Source of the DNA: Octopus sinensis
Taxonomy: Eukaryota
DNA length: 64,000 nucleotides
Assembly (NCBI RefSeq): GCF_006345805.1
Contig: NC_042997.1
Span: 207,824,001 to 207,888,000 of the forward strand
Direction: 5' to 3'
Numbering within the stretch: position 1 is the first letter of the stretch; every line of letters begins with the position of its first letter. Positions 61,049 to 64,000 of the stretch are shown here, piece by piece. The notes under the pieces were generated by a model. It saw nothing but the letters and a program-made list of their open reading frames with translations, searched no databases and was not told where the DNA came from. Made by a program: the position numbers and the translations under genes.

Positions 61049-63179
61049 GCATTTACTGCAGTAATATTGCAAAGATTGAACAAGCACCTGGACAAAAACA
61101 ACCTGTTCCCAGAAGAGCAGAAAGGATGCCGCAAGGGCTCATATGGCTGTAAAGATCAACTAATGATCAATAAAGCCATAACTGAAGACAAACACAGAAA
61201 GAAGAAAGGCCTCAGTATGGCCTGGATCGACTACAAAAAGGCGTTAGATAGCATTCTCCACACATGCATCCTCGAAACACTAGCCATTAACAAAGTTGCA
61301 CCAACAATTATAAAACACATAGGACACACTGTGAATAAATGGCAAACAGTGCTACAGCTCCAAACAAAAGAGGGACTCGTGAAAACCAAAGCCATCCCCA
61401 TTAGAAGAGGTATATTCCAGGGAGACACTCTCTCTCTCCACTCCTTTTCAACTTGGCACTGACACCTCTATCTGATATGCTACATAGAACTGGATGCGGA
61501 TATAAATGTTACAGCAAAACAATCAGCCACCTTTTATATGTGGATGACCTAAAACTATACACTACAAATGACAAACAGCTGGAAACACTACTAAAGACAG
61601 TTCATGGATTCACCAAAGAAAGAGATATGAAATTTTGATTAGAGAAATGCACCAAAGTAACCCTGAAAAGAGGAAAACTAGGTAAGAGTAGCAACATCAC
61701 ACTAGATAAATCAAATGAAATAAAAGAATTAGACCAAAGCCAAACTTACAAATACTTAGGAATCAATGAGCTAGATACGATACAACATACACAATGAAAG
61801 AGAAAATAAAAAAAGAATATCATAGACGAGTTAGATCAATACTGAAAACAGAGCTCAATGCTAAAAACAAGATAACAGGTATTAACACTTTAGCCATCCT
61901 AGTTATAAGTTACAGCTACAATATCGTTAACTGGACACTAAATGAACTGACCAAAATAGATAGGAAAACAAGAAAAATAATGACGGGAACTAGGATGCAT
62001 CACCCAAAATCTGACATAGAAAGGCTATATATACAATGTATAGGAGGTGGTAGAGGCTTATACAGCTGGAAAACTATTATAAAATAGCCACCATAGGACT
62101 GCAAAAATACCTACTTCAGAAGCAAGGAAAACTGATACAAATAGCGGAAAAAACACGAGCAAAACAAAAAACTGTTCTCAGTATTTAAGGAAGCTGACAA
62201 ATACAAACAAGAAATCATACCATCTAACAAATATGAAGAAGAAGAAGAAACAACAAAAGCTATAAAGCAAATGAAATCAAAACTAAAACTAGAACAGCAA
62301 CGGACCATGATAAAACGATGGCAAGAAAAGCCTCTTCATGGCAAATACTGGACTAAACTAAATGCAAAAGAAATAGACAAAGAAAAATCCCAACAATGGT
62401 TGAGAAGCTCAGGAATCAAAGCAGAGACAGAGGGATTTTTAATTGCAGCACAAGACCAAAGCCTCCCCACCAGAAATTACCAAAAACATGTAATGAAAAG
62501 AAATATAACAAGTAACTGCAGAATATGTGGAGACGGACAAGAAACAATAAATCATATTATCTCTGGCTGCCCAGTCCTGGCTGAGAAGAATATATTCACA
62601 GACATGACAGAGTTGGAACCTACATACACTGGAAGCTATGCCAACATTATGGAATAACAACAGAAAAAAGATGGTATAGGCACCTGTCAGAAAAGGTCAC
62701 AGAAAACGAGAAAGCAACCATACTCTGGGATTTGCCAATACACACAGATAGAGAAATTAAGGCCAACAGACCAGATATAGTTGTCAGAGATCATGAAGAA
62801 AAAAAATGTTTTCTAATTGATGTATCAATACCAGCAGATGACAACGTGTCTCTAAAAGAAATGGAGAAACTTTCAAAATACAAAGATCTGGAAATAGAGG
62901 TAACCAGAATGTGGAATCTAAAAGCAGAAACAATTCCTATCATAGTAGGTGCATTAGGCATGATAAAAAAATATTCAGACAAATACATAACAAAAACACT
63001 AGGACTTACAAACACATATAACATACAGAAAATTGCACTACTAGGCACTGCACACATCCTATGCAAAACACTTTCAATACAATAACCATCAGAGTATCAC
63101 AACAATTCACAGCACATACCCAAGGCACACAGAGCTGCGCTCGGTAGTGAAGTGAAAGCACGATATAAAAAATATACTA

Positions 63180-63183
<4 letters not shown>
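61045..63183 (+). mobile_element. R4/Dong-like LINE, RT through 3' UTR, few disablements, embedded in (AAT)n
   Basis: [85 protein letters not shown]; (AAT)n on both sides. Confidence 0.92.
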
Positions 63184-63230
<47 letters not shown>

Positions 63231-63254
63231 TATAATTATAATAATAGTAATAAA

Positions 63255-64000
63255 CATGAAAGACCGAAAAAACTTCACTCTATTCTCAACGAGAACAAAA
63301 AATTTGCCACTGATCTCTTAGATACCCACCAGATTGACCAAGTTGCAGGAAATGTGCCAACTGCTGCTGCAAAGAAAATAAGATTAATTGCAAAGACAAA
63401 AGTACATGAAAAATTAGCTAGCAGGTGGGAACAGAAACCTCTCCATGGCAAGTATGTGGCCCATAGCAAACAAGCTGATGTCAACCAGAAACAGATGCAA
63501 CAATGGCTATGAAATTCAGGGCTAAAAGAAGAGAGTGAAGGTTTCATATTAGCTGCTCAAGACCAAAGCTTATTAACCCGGAACTATCAAGCCAATGTGA
63601 TAAAAAATGGAGCTGACCCAAAATGCCGATTCTGTAATGATGAGATTGAAACAATAGACCACCTAATCTCAGGGTGTAGAGTCTTGGCACCTGTAGAATA
63701 TAAAGCAAGACATTACAGAGTCGGCCAGTATTTACATTGGACAATATGTCGGTATTATAAAATCAAAACCGCTGACAAATGGTATAAACATCATCCTGAA
63801 GCTGTGACTGAGGGAGAAAATATGTCGATTCTATGGGACTTCCCCGTACAGATTGACAAAACGATAAAAGCTAATAAACTGGATATTATTATAAAAGATC
63901 AGACAAAAAAGATGTGTTTATTAATTGACATGAGTATTCCTTGCGATCACAATATAGCGGCGAAAGAATTTGACAAGATTAGTAAATATAAAGACCTGCT
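63255..64000 (+). mobile_element. R4/Dong-like LINE 3' fragment (runs off the window)
   Basis: KPLHGKY, GFILAAQDQSL, CRFCN...HLISGC, ILWDFPV, LIDMSIP; same family as 39805-41329. Confidence 0.85.

Noticed and set aside
60527-61134. Poly-L/I/Y ORFs (also 27531-28127, 39052-39358, 58636-58949)
   Set aside because: Translations of (AAT)n microsatellites.

Overview
Eukaryotic, AT-rich, repeat-dense animal DNA, most likely an octopus (coleoid cephalopod), judged from the SINE/RTE repeat families I recognise; the species cannot be determined. Most of the window is nested, decayed transposable elements: R4/Dong-like RLE LINEs sitting in (AAT)n microsatellites, RTE LINEs and their 3' tails, a Tx1/L1-like LINE, a split Gypsy LTR element, a Helitron PIF1 fragment, a piggyBac derivative, a hAT MITE and SINEs. 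One CR1-clade LINE keeps an uninterrupted 908-codon APE+RT frame (4692-7418, minus). A ~12.9 kb array of a ~115-bp SINE-derived satellite with a ~3.77-kb higher-order period runs into a 100-N gap (27578-27677). Host coding sequence is limited to spliced exons of PARP14/macro-PARP type. One RRM-like exon lies on + left of the gap (3797-4030). Four clean, phase-compatible exons lie on - right of the gap (56839-56975, 56334-56561, 55499-55726, 46531-46582) and together encode a complete macrodomain; a probable fifth, frameshifted exon follows (31504-31712). Main points of interest: the strand conflict of these exons across the gap, a minimal Penelope-type hammerhead ribozyme motif, the SINE origin and higher-order structure of the satellite, and an intronic inversion apparently mediated by inverted R4 copies. 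I found no compelling novel protein-coding system. All family assignments come from motif recognition by eye, not database searches.
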